Shown one piece after another: positions 46,938 to 56,855 of a stretch of DNA of 64,000 nucleotides (position 1 is the first letter of the stretch; every line of letters starts with the position of its first letter). The DNA lies in IMG/VR virus record IMGVR_UViG_3300006226_000018, positions 13,224 to 77,223 of that record, one strand, 5' to 3'. The notes beneath the pieces were generated by a model. The model ran no database searches. It was not told where the DNA came from and saw nothing but the letters and a program-made list of their open reading frames with translations. A program made the translations under genes and the position numbers. This DNA is from a virus. Its lineage: Duplodnaviria > Caudoviricetes.

Positions 46938-47145
46938 AAATCCGCCTCAAATGATGAAACTCGTCATGGAACAACCAGAAAGTTGTTGGTTGTGTCCGTT
47001 ATGCGTAGGATTCGTACCACAGCGCAGTACGGAGTTACGCTGTATGTGCGTCGGTGTACTCGACAGACCAGCCGTACACAGGGAATTTATGGACACTGGA
47101 AAGGGGATAATGGATTTCTGTCCATTGATGCCGGAAAAATGTTAG
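46927..47145 (+). CDS. Small Cys-rich protein (MEQPESC..C type)
   Basis: Coupled ORF. Confidence 0.5.
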   Translation: MTTENPPQMMKLVMEQPESCWLCPLCVGFVPQRSTELRCMCVGVLDRPAVHREFMDTGKGIMDFCPLMPEKC

Positions 47146-47348
47146 CCCGAATTACTATGCCCGTTCCGAACTGCTGCGCGGACTGTCGTTTTCGTATAGC
47201 CGATTTATCTTGTGACTCTAAAATCGGTGCGAAGTTAATCGCTTCTTGCACAGCGGGGGAACGCCGGATACAAATAAAAGACGACTGGCTGCACAAAGAA
47301 GGACGAGCATTTTTCTGTCCGCTGGAAATCCTGTTGGTGCATAACTAA
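47139..47348 (+). CDS. Small Cys-rich protein (MP.PNCC.DC type)
   Basis: 3' part of ORF 46983-47348. Confidence 0.5.
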   Translation: MLARITMPVPNCCADCRFRIADLSCDSKIGAKLIASCTAGERRIQIKDDWLHKEGRAFFCPLEILLVHN

Positions 47349-47566
47349 TGTGGGTAATAGGTATCTGCGAACTCTGTAAAGCCGTAATCGCTATTAAAAC
47401 GCCAATGCTTCATGTGCATCAAAAGCACTTGGGCAGCGGATACCTATGCCCCGTTTGTTTCGATGGTCGATTGGTACAAACAACGCATTGCTTCTCAAAG
47501 GACTTGGATAAAACTTACGACCAATTACGCATCTCAAATACGCACACCGTGGAGGGGACATTTTGA
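47348..47566 (+). CDS. Zinc-ribbon protein
   Basis: CELC...CPVC. Confidence 0.55.
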   Translation: MWVIGICELCKAVIAIKTPMLHVHQKHLGSGYLCPVCFDGRLVQTTHCFSKDLDKTYDQLRISNTHTVEGTF

Positions 47567-47814
47567 ACGAAATTTATCAGCATATACAAGAAGCGACACA
47601 GACTATCATGAACACGATTGCGCTTGGTACACCACGCCATGTATCAGATAAACAAATCCTTCGTCTGTGTCACACTATTCTTACGCTTATCAAGGATTGC
47701 GAACAACTATGCAAATGTTGTAGCGACCATGACCAGCGTTCGATAATTACCTTGGGTGCTGATTTTTGTCCGTGGTGCGGTCATAGAATACGAAAGGAGG
47801 GGACGACCAATTAA
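47563..47814 (+). CDS. Hypothetical protein with CPWC
   Basis: GGAGGGG SD, TTG start. Confidence 0.55.
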   Translation: MNEIYQHIQEATQTIMNTIALGTPRHVSDKQILRLCHTILTLIKDCEQLCKCCSDHDQRSIITLGADFCPWCGHRIRKEGTTN

Positions 47815-48367
47815 GATAATCAAAAACTACTCCGGTATCAATCCTTACGGAGTGGATTATAAATATTCAACAATATACGCAGACCCTCCTTGGTACGAAA
47901 AAGGCGGGGGCAAAATAAAACGTGGCGCGGACCGTCATTATCCATTGATGAAAACCGACGACATCGCCGCCATCGCTGTGCAGAAGTTAGTTGATCCTGT
48001 CGGTTGTCATCTGTATTTATGGGCAACCAACAACTTTCTGCAAGATGCTTTGTGGGTGATGCACGAATGGGGTTTCACTTACAAAACCATGATAACTTGG
48101 ACAAAAAATGCAATGGGCCTTGGTCAGTATTTCCGGGGCATTACTGAACATTGCTTATTCGGAACATATAAAACGCTGCCATATAAAACAGACAAGGAAA
48201 CCGGCAAACGCTGTCAGGGCGTGACAGGTTTCTTTGAACCCAAACAGCATCACAGCAGGAAACCGGATACCATGCGGAGGATGATTGAAAAGGTATCCTA
48301 TGCGCCGCGCATCGAATTATTTGCGCGGGAAAAATTTGATGGATGGGACATACTCGACTCACACTAA
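47756..48367 (+). CDS. MT-A70 family SAM-dependent (probably adenine) methyltransferase
   Basis: IYADPPW, HYPLM, LYLWAT, WGF.YKT.ITW.K, FRGITEHCLFG, HSRKP, RIELFAR; start possibly ATT at 47810. Confidence 0.92.
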   Translation: MLIFVRGAVIEYERRGRPIKIIKNYSGINPYGVDYKYSTIYADPPWYEKGGGKIKRGADRHYPLMKTDDIAAIAVQKLVDPVGCHLYLWATNNFLQDALWVMHEWGFTYKTMITWTKNAMGLGQYFRGITEHCLFGTYKTLPYKTDKETGKRCQGVTGFFEPKQHHSRKPDTMRRMIEKVSYAPRIELFAREKFDGWDILDSH

Positions 48368-48383
48368 AAGTGATTTGATATGA

Positions 48384-49988
48384 ATGAAAATAACCCGTAA
48401 AGGAGTTGAAACCGCTAAGATGGATAGAGCCAAAAAAATGGCAGAACGTAATCTCCGTAAATTCGAGAACGTGCCGCCAGCAAAAGAGGTATTGCAAATC
48501 GCCCAGCTACGGCAGCAAAAAGCAAAAATAATCGTAACCACCAACTGGAGCTGTGTTACTTCTCCCAGCCTTGTTGTTCGTTGGCTGAAACAAAAATATT
48601 CCGAATTTTCTCCCAGCGCACGATTCACTCACCTGTTCAAGCGCGGTCTATGGGACGGCAGGTACTCCATGATTGCCGACGACGGCGGTTTCGGTACGGG
48701 CTTGCTATACGATGTTCTTACCTCACTCACAGCGAATGGTATTGAATATGAATTGGAAGATCATCGTGACAAACTACGCAACCATTTCACAAGACAAAAT
48801 CATAACTGGAAATGGACAGGGAAAGACCTGCGTGATGTGCAAAAAGAAACGCTCAGAGCCATGCACAGCAACTATTCCGGCATTATTCATCTTGCAACCG
48901 GTACAGGCAAGACTATTGCCGCTATCCGGTATATCTTTGAAATGAAAATAGCTCCGGTACTATATGCAGTACCACGTTCGGATTTGATGTATCAGACCAA
49001 AAAAGAAATTGAAGAATCCGTCAGCGGCATCACCGTGGGTTTACTCGGCGACGGCCACAAAGATGTGGAAAATAAAGACATCGTAATCGTTACTCACGCC
49101 ATGCTGGTAAGTCTCCGCAAACAGCTCAACGATGATAATTATCGTGAGTGGACAGGCCAATACGGAATTTTGATAATAGATGAATGTCATAAAGCAGGGA
49201 GCGATGGGGCACCCTCAGCCACATGGATGGCCTGCATGGACATACCGGCACCGTACCGCTTCGGATTCTCAGCTACTCCGTTTGAAAAAGAGGACAGCCT
49301 GCAAGGAATGTATGTACGCGCATGTCTTGGAGATATAATAATGCATAGGTCCGTACAACAAGTGGTTGAAGATGGACATTTAGTACCGTCAACCGTTTAC
49401 TTTGTCAGACCTACTTACAACAAAGAGTTTCTGTTTGATTCCATGTGGAATGATGAAGAAGGTGATGACGAGCGCAAGTACAACGAAGAACACGACAAAT
49501 GGATAGTTGATAACGAATCACGTAATCTCTATCTAACAGCCATTACTCAAGAGATGCTGAACGATGGTCATAAAGTGCTTGTAGTTGCACAGCGTATCCC
49601 GCACAATGATTTTCTATTTGGAGAGATTACCGCCAACACCAATTATGCAACATTTCAATTTCACGGTGGTATCAAAAATAGAAAGGAAGTGATGAACACA
49701 TACCGAAACACCAAGGGAGCATGTTGTATGGTGGCAAGCTCCATCGCCAACGAAGGCATAGACGTTCGAGACATAACCTGCGTCATAGTAGCTCACGGCG
49801 GTAAAAGTTTTTATCAGGTTGTGCAGCGAATAGGAAGGGGACTTAGGATTGACCCTGACTCGGATAAAAAGGAACTTATTGTAATTGATGTAGATGATTC
49901 CGAGTTGTCCCCGTGGTTCAAATCGCACGTTGCAAAGCGTCGGAAACAATATCGTGACGTTATCGGCGCAACCATATACGACGTATAA
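48384..49988 (+). CDS. Superfamily 2 helicase
   Basis: ATGTGKT, IIDECH, GFSAT, QRIGRGLR. Confidence 0.92.
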   Translation: MKITRKGVETAKMDRAKKMAERNLRKFENVPPAKEVLQIAQLRQQKAKIIVTTNWSCVTSPSLVVRWLKQKYSEFSPSARFTHLFKRGLWDGRYSMIADDGGFGTGLLYDVLTSLTANGIEYELEDHRDKLRNHFTRQNHNWKWTGKDLRDVQKETLRAMHSNYSGIIHLATGTGKTIAAIRYIFEMKIAPVLYAVPRSDLMYQTKKEIEESVSGITVGLLGDGHKDVENKDIVIVTHAMLVSLRKQLNDDNYREWTGQYGILIIDECHKAGSDGAPSATWMACMDIPAPYRFGFSATPFEKEDSLQGMYVRACLGDIIMHRSVQQVVEDGHLVPSTVYFVRPTYNKEFLFDSMWNDEEGDDERKYNEEHDKWIVDNESRNLYLTAITQEMLNDGHKVLVVAQRIPHNDFLFGEITANTNYATFQFHGGIKNRKEVMNTYRNTKGACCMVASSIANEGIDVRDITCVIVAHGGKSFYQVVQRIGRGLRIDPDSDKKELIVIDVDDSELSPWFKSHVAKRRKQYRDVIGATIYDV

Positions 49989-50001
49989 AGGAGAGAACGC
50001 A

Positions 50002-50691
50002 ATGATTGACATTACCCTGTACACCATCAACAACCTCGGCAAAGTGGTCAACACCACCGCCAAAGAAGTAAAGGATAAAGTAAAAGCATTTATGTCGGAA
50101 ACCCATTGGTCATACGCAGACATGGCCGAAAAAGCGGACCTGCCCGTGGCCCGAATAAAGACCTGCTTGCGCGGCGACAAGAATCTCGTTTATCAGTGGG
50201 AACTTGACCGTATGCACAAATCCGGCGTAATTGGCGAGGACCTGTACACGACACTGTGCGAATACCGCAAATGGCTCCTGTACCTGAAACGTGCCAGAAA
50301 ATTTCACTCAACCAACGCCGTTACCTACCTGCAATTCTGGTTGGACATTCCTATCCCGGCACTCGCGGAAGCAGCGAACATGTCCCCGAAAAAGCTGTAC
50401 AACCTGCGTAAATTGGACAGCATCGAAAATGTACTCGCCGGTACGCTCCATGACATCGCAAGGGGACTGGACGTGTCCGTGGAAGATATAATTGACGTGC
50501 AGCGACAGCTCAGTGACCAGCGGAATAAAGTGCTTGCTCAAGAAGATGCGGAGCTGGAAGCTATGGGTGTGAACGAACCGGAAGAAGCACCAGAAGAAGC
50601 ACCGGAAGCTCCCCCGAAGCCGCCTGCAAAGTCAGCAGCTAAACCTGCCGCGACGAACGGAAAGAAAGCAGGAGTCAAAAAGAGAAAATGA
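50002..50691 (+). CDS. Putative double-HTH (XRE-like) DNA-binding protein
   Basis: Two HTH-like segments (SYADMAEKADL; IPALAEAANMS...LHDIARGLDVSV); AAGGAG SD. Confidence 0.6.
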   Translation: MIDITLYTINNLGKVVNTTAKEVKDKVKAFMSETHWSYADMAEKADLPVARIKTCLRGDKNLVYQWELDRMHKSGVIGEDLYTTLCEYRKWLLYLKRARKFHSTNAVTYLQFWLDIPIPALAEAANMSPKKLYNLRKLDSIENVLAGTLHDIARGLDVSVEDIIDVQRQLSDQRNKVLAQEDAELEAMGVNEPEEAPEEAPEAPPKPPAKSAAKPAATNGKKAGVKKRK

Positions 50692-50996
50692 GCGATGGAC
50701 GATCAGTTGGTGGAGGAATAGAACAGGAGACAGTTTACCTGTGCGTCATGAAATATACTCCACAACGATGTGACTATTACGAACCACAATCCCGTGAGGA
50801 CGGTGTGACACCCATTCAAATTCACCCGATAGATTGCGTATGGACACGTAATCATCCATTGGGCAGCCGAGGTCTGGACGGATTGATTTGTGGGAACGTA
50901 AAGGCTCATGGTCTGGTACGGGAAGTCAAACTTCCCGTACTGGACTCCATCGCGGATAACGCTGAACGACAGCGAATATTAGAAGGAGGTGACTAA
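50688..50996 (+). CDS. Hypothetical protein
   Basis: ATGA overlap. Confidence 0.5.
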   Translation: MSDGRSVGGGIEQETVYLCVMKYTPQRCDYYEPQSREDGVTPIQIHPIDCVWTRNHPLGSRGLDGLICGNVKAHGLVREVKLPVLDSIADNAERQRILEGGD

Positions 50997-51182
50997 GTGA
51001 TACGCACCGTTGAAGATGTAAAACGGTTTTGGTCCAAACGAGCAATGGGCTCCCGGCAAACCCGCACAATGTCACACGAACCCGTCTGGAAATTCTCATG
51101 CGACGGTCACTCACTCACAGGTAATTATTCGGACGATATGGCAGCCCGGTTATTGCTTGCCATGATTAAGGAGGCTAAGTAA
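50997..51182 (+). CDS. Hypothetical protein
   Basis: GGAGGTG SD, GTG start. Confidence 0.55.
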   Translation: MIRTVEDVKRFWSKRAMGSRQTRTMSHEPVWKFSCDGHSLTGNYSDDMAARLLLAMIKEAK

Positions 51183-51430
51183 TGCAGTTAGGTGTATCCC
51201 CGCTAACGCACAAAATTTTCGCTGGTAAAAGCAAACCCAATCCCCACGGTCCCGGCATGATGTGGGTAGGAAAAAAAACCGATGTCACCGATGAAGCAAT
51301 CAAAGCCGTATTTGAGTATATGTGGATGAAAGCCGAAAAAACAGGCTTTTACAACATCGAAATTCCTAATTTTGGCGCAATGTCGATGACGCGATTTAAA
51401 AAGGATGATGAGGATGAACCGGCAAGTTGA
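51182..51430 (+). CDS. Small conserved-looking phage protein
   Basis: LGVSPLT..IFAG...GKKTDVT..AI.AVFE pattern. Confidence 0.6.
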   Translation: MQLGVSPLTHKIFAGKSKPNPHGPGMMWVGKKTDVTDEAIKAVFEYMWMKAEKTGFYNIEIPNFGAMSMTRFKKDDEDEPAS

Positions 51431-51582
51431 GCGGAGAGAAGAAAGCCTGCACGAACAGGTGCTGAAACAGCTCGGTGAAAACGCAAAGCGAACGCAAAAA
51501 CGCATCAAGCACATGGAAAAACCAAATCAAAATCAGCGCACAAATCTCAAAATACGGACTCGAAACTAAAAGGAGAAAATCA

Positions 51583-51882
51583 ATGATGTTATCCAAAAAA
51601 GAAAAACGCGCTAAAGAACCCACATATAAAGAAAAATATCCACAAATGGCGGCTGCAATTAAAACTATACATTGCTCGGCTACCAAAGCACCAACAGATA
51701 GAATAAAAGAACTTGAGCGAGAATTGATGCAGACAGCCGCCCGTGTAGAACAATTACAGTCTGATCTTACACAAGCAAATGTGGCATATCACACCGCAAG
51801 CGCAAACAGAGATAGCTTCGAGCATTTAAGCCAATCATTAATATACATCTTGAAGCGACTCTCTGACCACATTGCGAAATAA
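51583..51882 (+). CDS. Coiled-coil hypothetical protein
   Basis: AAGGAG SD before MMLSKK. Confidence 0.55.
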   Translation: MMLSKKEKRAKEPTYKEKYPQMAAAIKTIHCSATKAPTDRIKELERELMQTAARVEQLQSDLTQANVAYHTASANRDSFEHLSQSLIYILKRLSDHIAK

Positions 51883-51890
51883 CAGACGAC

Positions 51891-52070
51891 ATGCCGGATG
51901 AACATGACTACCTCGCCATCAATTACTTCATTCGCATGGTGGAGGAAAATCTTTCCGAACTGAAAAAATATCAGCGGCGAATACTCGACAACCAAGACAG
52001 GGAGCTTAACCTAACCCTGTTCCGTGACCGTGTACGCCAAATGGCCATCGACTGTATCAATCGACTATAA
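51891..52070 (+). CDS. Hypothetical protein (59 aa)
   Basis: Hand translation MPDEHDYLAINYF...; weak SD. Confidence 0.4.
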   Translation: MPDEHDYLAINYFIRMVEENLSELKKYQRRILDNQDRELNLTLFRDRVRQMAIDCINRL

Positions 52071-52082
52071 GGAGAAAATACA

Positions 52083-52361
52083 ATGATGACAAAATTGCGT
52101 GAACTTCGTTATGCCCGAAACCTGCGACAGCTTGATATAGCATTGGCACTTTCAATTAACGCAAACACAATATCAGCTATAGAACGTGGGCATCTCGCAG
52201 CTCCTAAAAATCTCGTTGACCCAATATGTACATTTTTTGGCGTAAAACGCGAAGAAATATTTACAGCTAATCGTATGGCTGTTTTGTTAAAGGAGGGACA
52301 TGATGGAGACCCACACCAACGTATACGTGCTGTCGAAGGAACAAATACAAAACCTAAGTGA
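52083..52361 (+). CDS. XRE-family HTH regulator
   Basis: LRELRYARNLRQLDIALAL.INANTISAIERG. Confidence 0.85.
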   Translation: MMTKLRELRYARNLRQLDIALALSINANTISAIERGHLAAPKNLVDPICTFFGVKREEIFTANRMAVLLKEGHDGDPHQRIRAVEGTNTKPK

Positions 52362-52719
52362 CGATAGCCTTGATTACTCGTTGCAAATCGTCGGTAACTT
52401 GATGCCGCAAAAACAGTTTCAAGGTATTCTTTCTCCCGCTATTCACAGCTTCGATGTGATTCCCATTGTGGAAAAAAACCTCAACATGGACCAATGGGCA
52501 ATCTACATCCGTTACCTGTGTCAGGATTACTTTGACCATGAACACAGCATCCGTGAATGGTACAAAGAACGGGACCGCAAAATGCTTTACAGCGAATCAT
52601 ACCCAGCGATTCAATTTGCGCTCACAAGGTCTGTCCGCTTCCGCGCTGAATGTTTGTTACTCACACTTCAAGACACACTCGACATCGAGAAATTACTAAC
52701 CAAAAAAGGAGATGATTGA
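52300..52719 (+). CDS. Hypothetical protein
   Basis: AAGGAGG SD. Confidence 0.6.
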   Translation: MMETHTNVYVLSKEQIQNLSDDSLDYSLQIVGNLMPQKQFQGILSPAIHSFDVIPIVEKNLNMDQWAIYIRYLCQDYFDHEHSIREWYKERDRKMLYSESYPAIQFALTRSVRFRAECLLLTLQDTLDIEKLLTKKGDD

Positions 52720-53189
52720 ATATGAAACAACCCGTACTCCCGAAAGAAGAACTTGCCAAACAGATACAGGATACCTGCCCGTGGCTGGATAACTTCCCCA
52801 GCAAACCCGCCGACCGAATACTTCACATCCTTATGGACGGCAACGGAGACTGCTACCGCGCAAAACGAGTAGCCGAAGATTTAATCGGCGAGTGCCGTGA
52901 GAAGCTAAAGCAGGTTGAGGATGTTGCGAACGTTCAGGTACAGCAAATAATCATGGAAATCAACGTGGTTTCTTCGGCGTGTGTCCCGCTACAAAAGGGA
53001 AAGGACCTGCCCTTCAAACGCAAGGTGGGATTGCTTACCGAGATGCTGATGATGATCGGTTCGGAACGAAAAGCGGAAATTCTCCTTAAAACCCTCGAAA
53101 ACATTGATAATATAACTGTACAAATCAATGACCTTAAATCGTTAGGCAATTGGGTCATGAATGTAAAGTTTACGGACGTAGAAGTTTAA
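52716..53189 (+). CDS. Hypothetical helical protein
   Basis: AAGGAG SD. Confidence 0.6.
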   Translation: MNMKQPVLPKEELAKQIQDTCPWLDNFPSKPADRILHILMDGNGDCYRAKRVAEDLIGECREKLKQVEDVANVQVQQIIMEINVVSSACVPLQKGKDLPFKRKVGLLTEMLMMIGSERKAEILLKTLENIDNITVQINDLKSLGNWVMNVKFTDVEV

Positions 53190-53267
53190 AAATTAAGGAA
53201 AAACCCCCTAAATCCAGTGTGGTATATAATATGCGTAACAACCATACTATATTAGGGGGTTTTCATA

Positions 53268-53876
53268 ATGGATCAAGCAACCGCAATACAGCATTATCTT
53301 AATACCCAAAAAGAAATAGCGGCAGTCGAAAAATTTGCCGATATGTGGCGCGTCCCGGACGACAACGGTAACTTTGCCACGGCGATGTCGGTACTCAATC
53401 TCCGCGCAGAGTACATCGCGGCAGCTACGTCCGCAAACGTACATACCGACGAGTTTTTCAACAAGTATGCGGCGGCGTTCATAGACGCTAACATGCTGGA
53501 ACTGGCACCGAGAATCGCCCTGTTCGCCCATGAAGCCCTCGACAAAGAAAAAGAGGCGGCTATGGCCGAGCTCCAGAGCGCGAACCTGTTCCCGGTATGT
53601 GCGCCATACATTCCTGCTCAGACTTTCACCACGCCTGCTTCGACAGCCTTTACGTATCAGGTCAAGGCAGCTCACACAACCAACTCGAACCATGCTCCTA
53701 CTCCGGCCAAATTTGAGTTCAGGGGCACCGTACCCACCGGCATCATCATTGACGAGAACACCGGTGTCATTTCCGGCTCGTTTGACCCCGGTGACATCGG
53801 CACGGTTGGCGTTGAAGTTGCGGCCTCTAACTCGGGCGGCACGGCGACAGGCATCGTTACGTTCATCATTACGTAA
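53268..53876 (+). CDS. Putative virion decoration protein with a C-terminal Ig-like (He_PIG-type) domain
   Basis: GTVPTGIIIDENTGVISGS...VAASNSGG. Confidence 0.75.
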   Translation: MDQATAIQHYLNTQKEIAAVEKFADMWRVPDDNGNFATAMSVLNLRAEYIAAATSANVHTDEFFNKYAAAFIDANMLELAPRIALFAHEALDKEKEAAMAELQSANLFPVCAPYIPAQTFTTPASTAFTYQVKAAHTTNSNHAPTPAKFEFRGTVPTGIIIDENTGVISGSFDPGDIGTVGVEVAASNSGGTATGIVTFIIT

Positions 53877-53905
53877 TCTATAAGAAAGAAAGGGAGGAAT
53901 AGTTC

Positions 53906-54898
53906 ATGGCAACTCCAATTCCAGCCATTCAGTTATACCTGAATGAAAAGGACAACGTGGCGAAAGCACAAGAGTTCGCAACGCAATACATGATGCCGGA
54001 CTCAGTTATGACCACCGACAAACTGACGCTTGCAATCAAGGATGGCGAGAATAAAACGCTGTCGAGCCCCGACTTTGGAAGATTCCTGTTGGCGTGGTTC
54101 GAGAAAAACAAAGACCTCTATATCATAGATGTCGTCAACTTCGCCATCGCATATCTTTCCGACGTTACCGCAGCGGCAAACATTGAGGCGGCAGCTATCG
54201 GACTGGCCCCGGCTGGTCCTACCGGAGTACCCGCACCGATTTTCGTTTCTCCGATGGTAGCCGTCGCTCAAATCAATGAGCTATTCTCGTACTCAATCAA
54301 GGCGGCTCTCATGGGTCCGACCTTCACCACCATCAAGAGCGAGTACGATGCCGTGGGCCTACCTCCGGGCTTGACTATCGATCAAGCGACCGGAGTAATC
54401 GAAGGCTCTATCACCAACGAAGCACTGGTAAACTCGTCCCCACTATCCATCACATTAAGTGCGGAGAACAACACTGGAAAATCTACATCAATCCTGCTGT
54501 TAAGCCTTCTGCCGCCAGTGCCCAAGATAACCAATCCATTGGATTCGGATGACATTATTATCAATGTTGGTGCAGCCACGGTAAACATTCCGTTCCAAGC
54601 TGACGGTCTTGCGACCGCGCAGAACATCAACTGGATACTCACACCGGATACAACTGCAATGCCCTCACATCCGTTCGCAGGTAACGCAAACAGCGGCCTG
54701 CCGGATGACAGCGCGAGCGGTAAGATACTGTTCAACAAAACGACTGGTATCTTGTCGGGCGGCGTAGCGGCGAGCGTAGCAACCAAGTATGGACTCGGTG
54801 GGACCGGTTCGGAATCGTTCCCCTATACGCTGTTGGTTTCCACTAACGGCGGTGTATCCGAGACCATCAACTTCAATCTCGTATTGAAATTCACCTAA
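53906..54898 (+). CDS. Putative virion decoration protein with two Ig-like (He_PIG-type) domains
   Basis: GLPPGLTIDQATGVIEGS; second FNKTTGILSG module; N-terminus paralogous to the previous gene. Confidence 0.75.
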   Translation: MATPIPAIQLYLNEKDNVAKAQEFATQYMMPDSVMTTDKLTLAIKDGENKTLSSPDFGRFLLAWFEKNKDLYIIDVVNFAIAYLSDVTAAANIEAAAIGLAPAGPTGVPAPIFVSPMVAVAQINELFSYSIKAALMGPTFTTIKSEYDAVGLPPGLTIDQATGVIEGSITNEALVNSSPLSITLSAENNTGKSTSILLLSLLPPVPKITNPLDSDDIIINVGAATVNIPFQADGLATAQNINWILTPDTTAMPSHPFAGNANSGLPDDSASGKILFNKTTGILSGGVAASVATKYGLGGTGSESFPYTLLVSTNGGVSETINFNLVLKFT

Positions 54899-54941
54899 AG
54901 CATACGAGTACCAGCGGACAGAGTAACACCTCCTTACGATG

Positions 54942-54980
54942 GCGAGACGGGACTCAAGCGGGGAGTCCCGTTTCGTTTTT
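54942..54980 (+). terminator. Intrinsic terminator
   Basis: GCGAGACGGGACTC / GAGTCCCGTTTCGT plus T-run. Confidence 0.85.
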
Positions 54981-55101
54981 CTTCTAACTTTGCTATACTG
55001 TACCTGCTCATATTACACTTCCTAACAGTATGTGGGGTGGAATTTCACGCCGATTTCCACCCCATGTATAATAATGGACAAGTCAATACTCAAATAGGAG
55101 A

Positions 55102-55548
55102 GTGATCCCTGTAATGGTCTCGATACCAATAACATTTCTTTCTTCCCAAAAACGATTAGTACAAGGTTACAAAACAGATGCGGGTTGGGACATACCCCTA
55201 CCGCAGGAAACACGATTCCCCGCGCACAGTTATACAGTCGTTCCACTAGATTTTTCCGTCAATATACCCAAGAAATATTTCGGGATGCTTACTGCCCGAA
55301 GCTCCATATACAAGTACAATCTTTCCTGCAATACAGGCATCATCGACAGCGGATTTTTGGGCGTGGTAAGTGCTGTCATATTCAACCACGACAAAAAAGA
55401 CAGCATCGTTGAAAAGGGCACCCGGCTCGTACAACTGATTATCCTCCCTGCCGAACAAGTTACTTGGCTAATAAAACCCAGCGTAGAAGCATTAGATGTT
55501 GGTGGGAGTTTGCGTGGAGACGGCGGGTTCGGAAGCACAGGAGTATAA
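55102..55548 (+). CDS. dut: Trimeric dUTPase
   Basis: AGWDI, RSS, GIIDSG, RLVQLII, RGDGGFGSTG motifs. Confidence 0.92.
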   Translation: MIPVMVSIPITFLSSQKRLVQGYKTDAGWDIPLPQETRFPAHSYTVVPLDFSVNIPKKYFGMLTARSSIYKYNLSCNTGIIDSGFLGVVSAVIFNHDKKDSIVEKGTRLVQLIILPAEQVTWLIKPSVEALDVGGSLRGDGGFGSTGV

Positions 55549-55550
55549 AC

Positions 55551-55931
55551 ATGATACCCGTAGCATATTTACGCCAATTAAGTGTCGGAGACAAACTTTG
55601 GTTTCAGCCTAACAGTCTCCGATCACAGCCGGGGCGCATGGTAAGCATCAAAGAAATAGGCAAGCACTACATTTATTTCCGTGAAATCACAATGCGCTTG
55701 GCACTGACACATCATCATAAAAATACCCCCGGCACAATATCCGTGCTTGATTCGTACACCCACGGGGAATTTTTTATCAATGAAGTGGAGTGCTTAAATC
55801 ATGAACGGTTACGGCAGTGCTGGAAAGAACTTGGCGATAATTTCCGGTACAGGATGCCGTTGTATTTCACAGCGGAGCATTACGACACGATAATGACCGT
55901 ACTACGAGAAGCATTTGGAAAGGAGATATGA
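55551..55931 (+). CDS. Hypothetical protein
   Basis: GGAG SD before MIPVAY. Confidence 0.55.
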   Translation: MIPVAYLRQLSVGDKLWFQPNSLRSQPGRMVSIKEIGKHYIYFREITMRLALTHHHKNTPGTISVLDSYTHGEFFINEVECLNHERLRQCWKELGDNFRYRMPLYFTAEHYDTIMTVLREAFGKEI

Positions 55932-55940
55932 GATAACACT

Positions 55941-56501
55941 ATGGACATGGAGGTAAGGGGTAAGAGAATGCCGTCAAGTGAAGATGCCGCCGATGTAACT
56001 GAGTTTAGCCGCAAAATGATGAAGCGCATTGCGGATAAACACTTTCCGCATCCCCCCGCAGGTTGGCGTGATGAAAAAGTAGTATCTCGGGAAGCATTGG
56101 TGCGTCGCGTTGTGGATGAGATACGCAATCCAGTCTCCGACATCAGCATAAAATATGTCGATTTGGCAATTAAGCTCATGCAACTGGCCGTGCGTGAACC
56201 CATGATTTATCCGTCCGCGCTCATGGATAGTCTTTGCCCGTCAAAGCATAAAGACGACAGCAAATACATGGAACAAACAGCCGGACAAGATGCTCAACAT
56301 TTCAGCAATAAAATAATCGAACGTGCAGTACGCATGGATATGGTAAAGCAGTTCTATTCCGAACAGGGATTGTCCGAAGAACAAATTTGGAACGCCCTGC
56401 TCGCCGAGTTGGAAAACCCGAAAAATAACTCTGATGCGTTCAAATGGGTAGATGCCGCCGTTATGCTGATGCTGTTGCACGTCCAAAACAAGACAGTATA
56501 A
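55941..56501 (+). CDS. Hypothetical helical protein
   Basis: ORF track. Confidence 0.6.
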   Translation: MDMEVRGKRMPSSEDAADVTEFSRKMMKRIADKHFPHPPAGWRDEKVVSREALVRRVVDEIRNPVSDISIKYVDLAIKLMQLAVREPMIYPSALMDSLCPSKHKDDSKYMEQTAGQDAQHFSNKIIERAVRMDMVKQFYSEQGLSEEQIWNALLAELENPKNNSDAFKWVDAAVMLMLLHVQNKTV

Positions 56502-56540
56502 TGTAAAGGAAAGTTCACGGCATGAAAGGAGAACATCAAA

Positions 56541-56852
56541 ATGTACGTTGCTAAAAGTGATGCACAGGTAGCCCAGCGGATAGAGTGGATTACCGATGAG
56601 ATAGTTGATCCCCACGAAGCCTACATCCGCATCAAAGCTCTCATCAAATTCTCTAAATGGAATAAAACCCATGACATCCGCACATGCGGTATTCGGCAGC
56701 TCATGCTGCTCATGTACGAATCACCGTACTCCAAAGACATACTCGACATGCTGAAAGAACTTGTGTGGTTCATGGGCTGGGATAACTACTTCAAGATACA
56801 GCACTTTGATCCTGAATTGGTACTTGAAATAGGGCCGGGTATTGTAGTTTAA
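56541..56852 (+). CDS. Hypothetical protein
   Basis: AAGGAG SD. Confidence 0.6.
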   Translation: MYVAKSDAQVAQRIEWITDEIVDPHEAYIRIKALIKFSKWNKTHDIRTCGIRQLMLLMYESPYSKDILDMLKELVWFMGWDNYFKIQHFDPELVLEIGPGIVV

Positions 56853-56855
56853 CCC

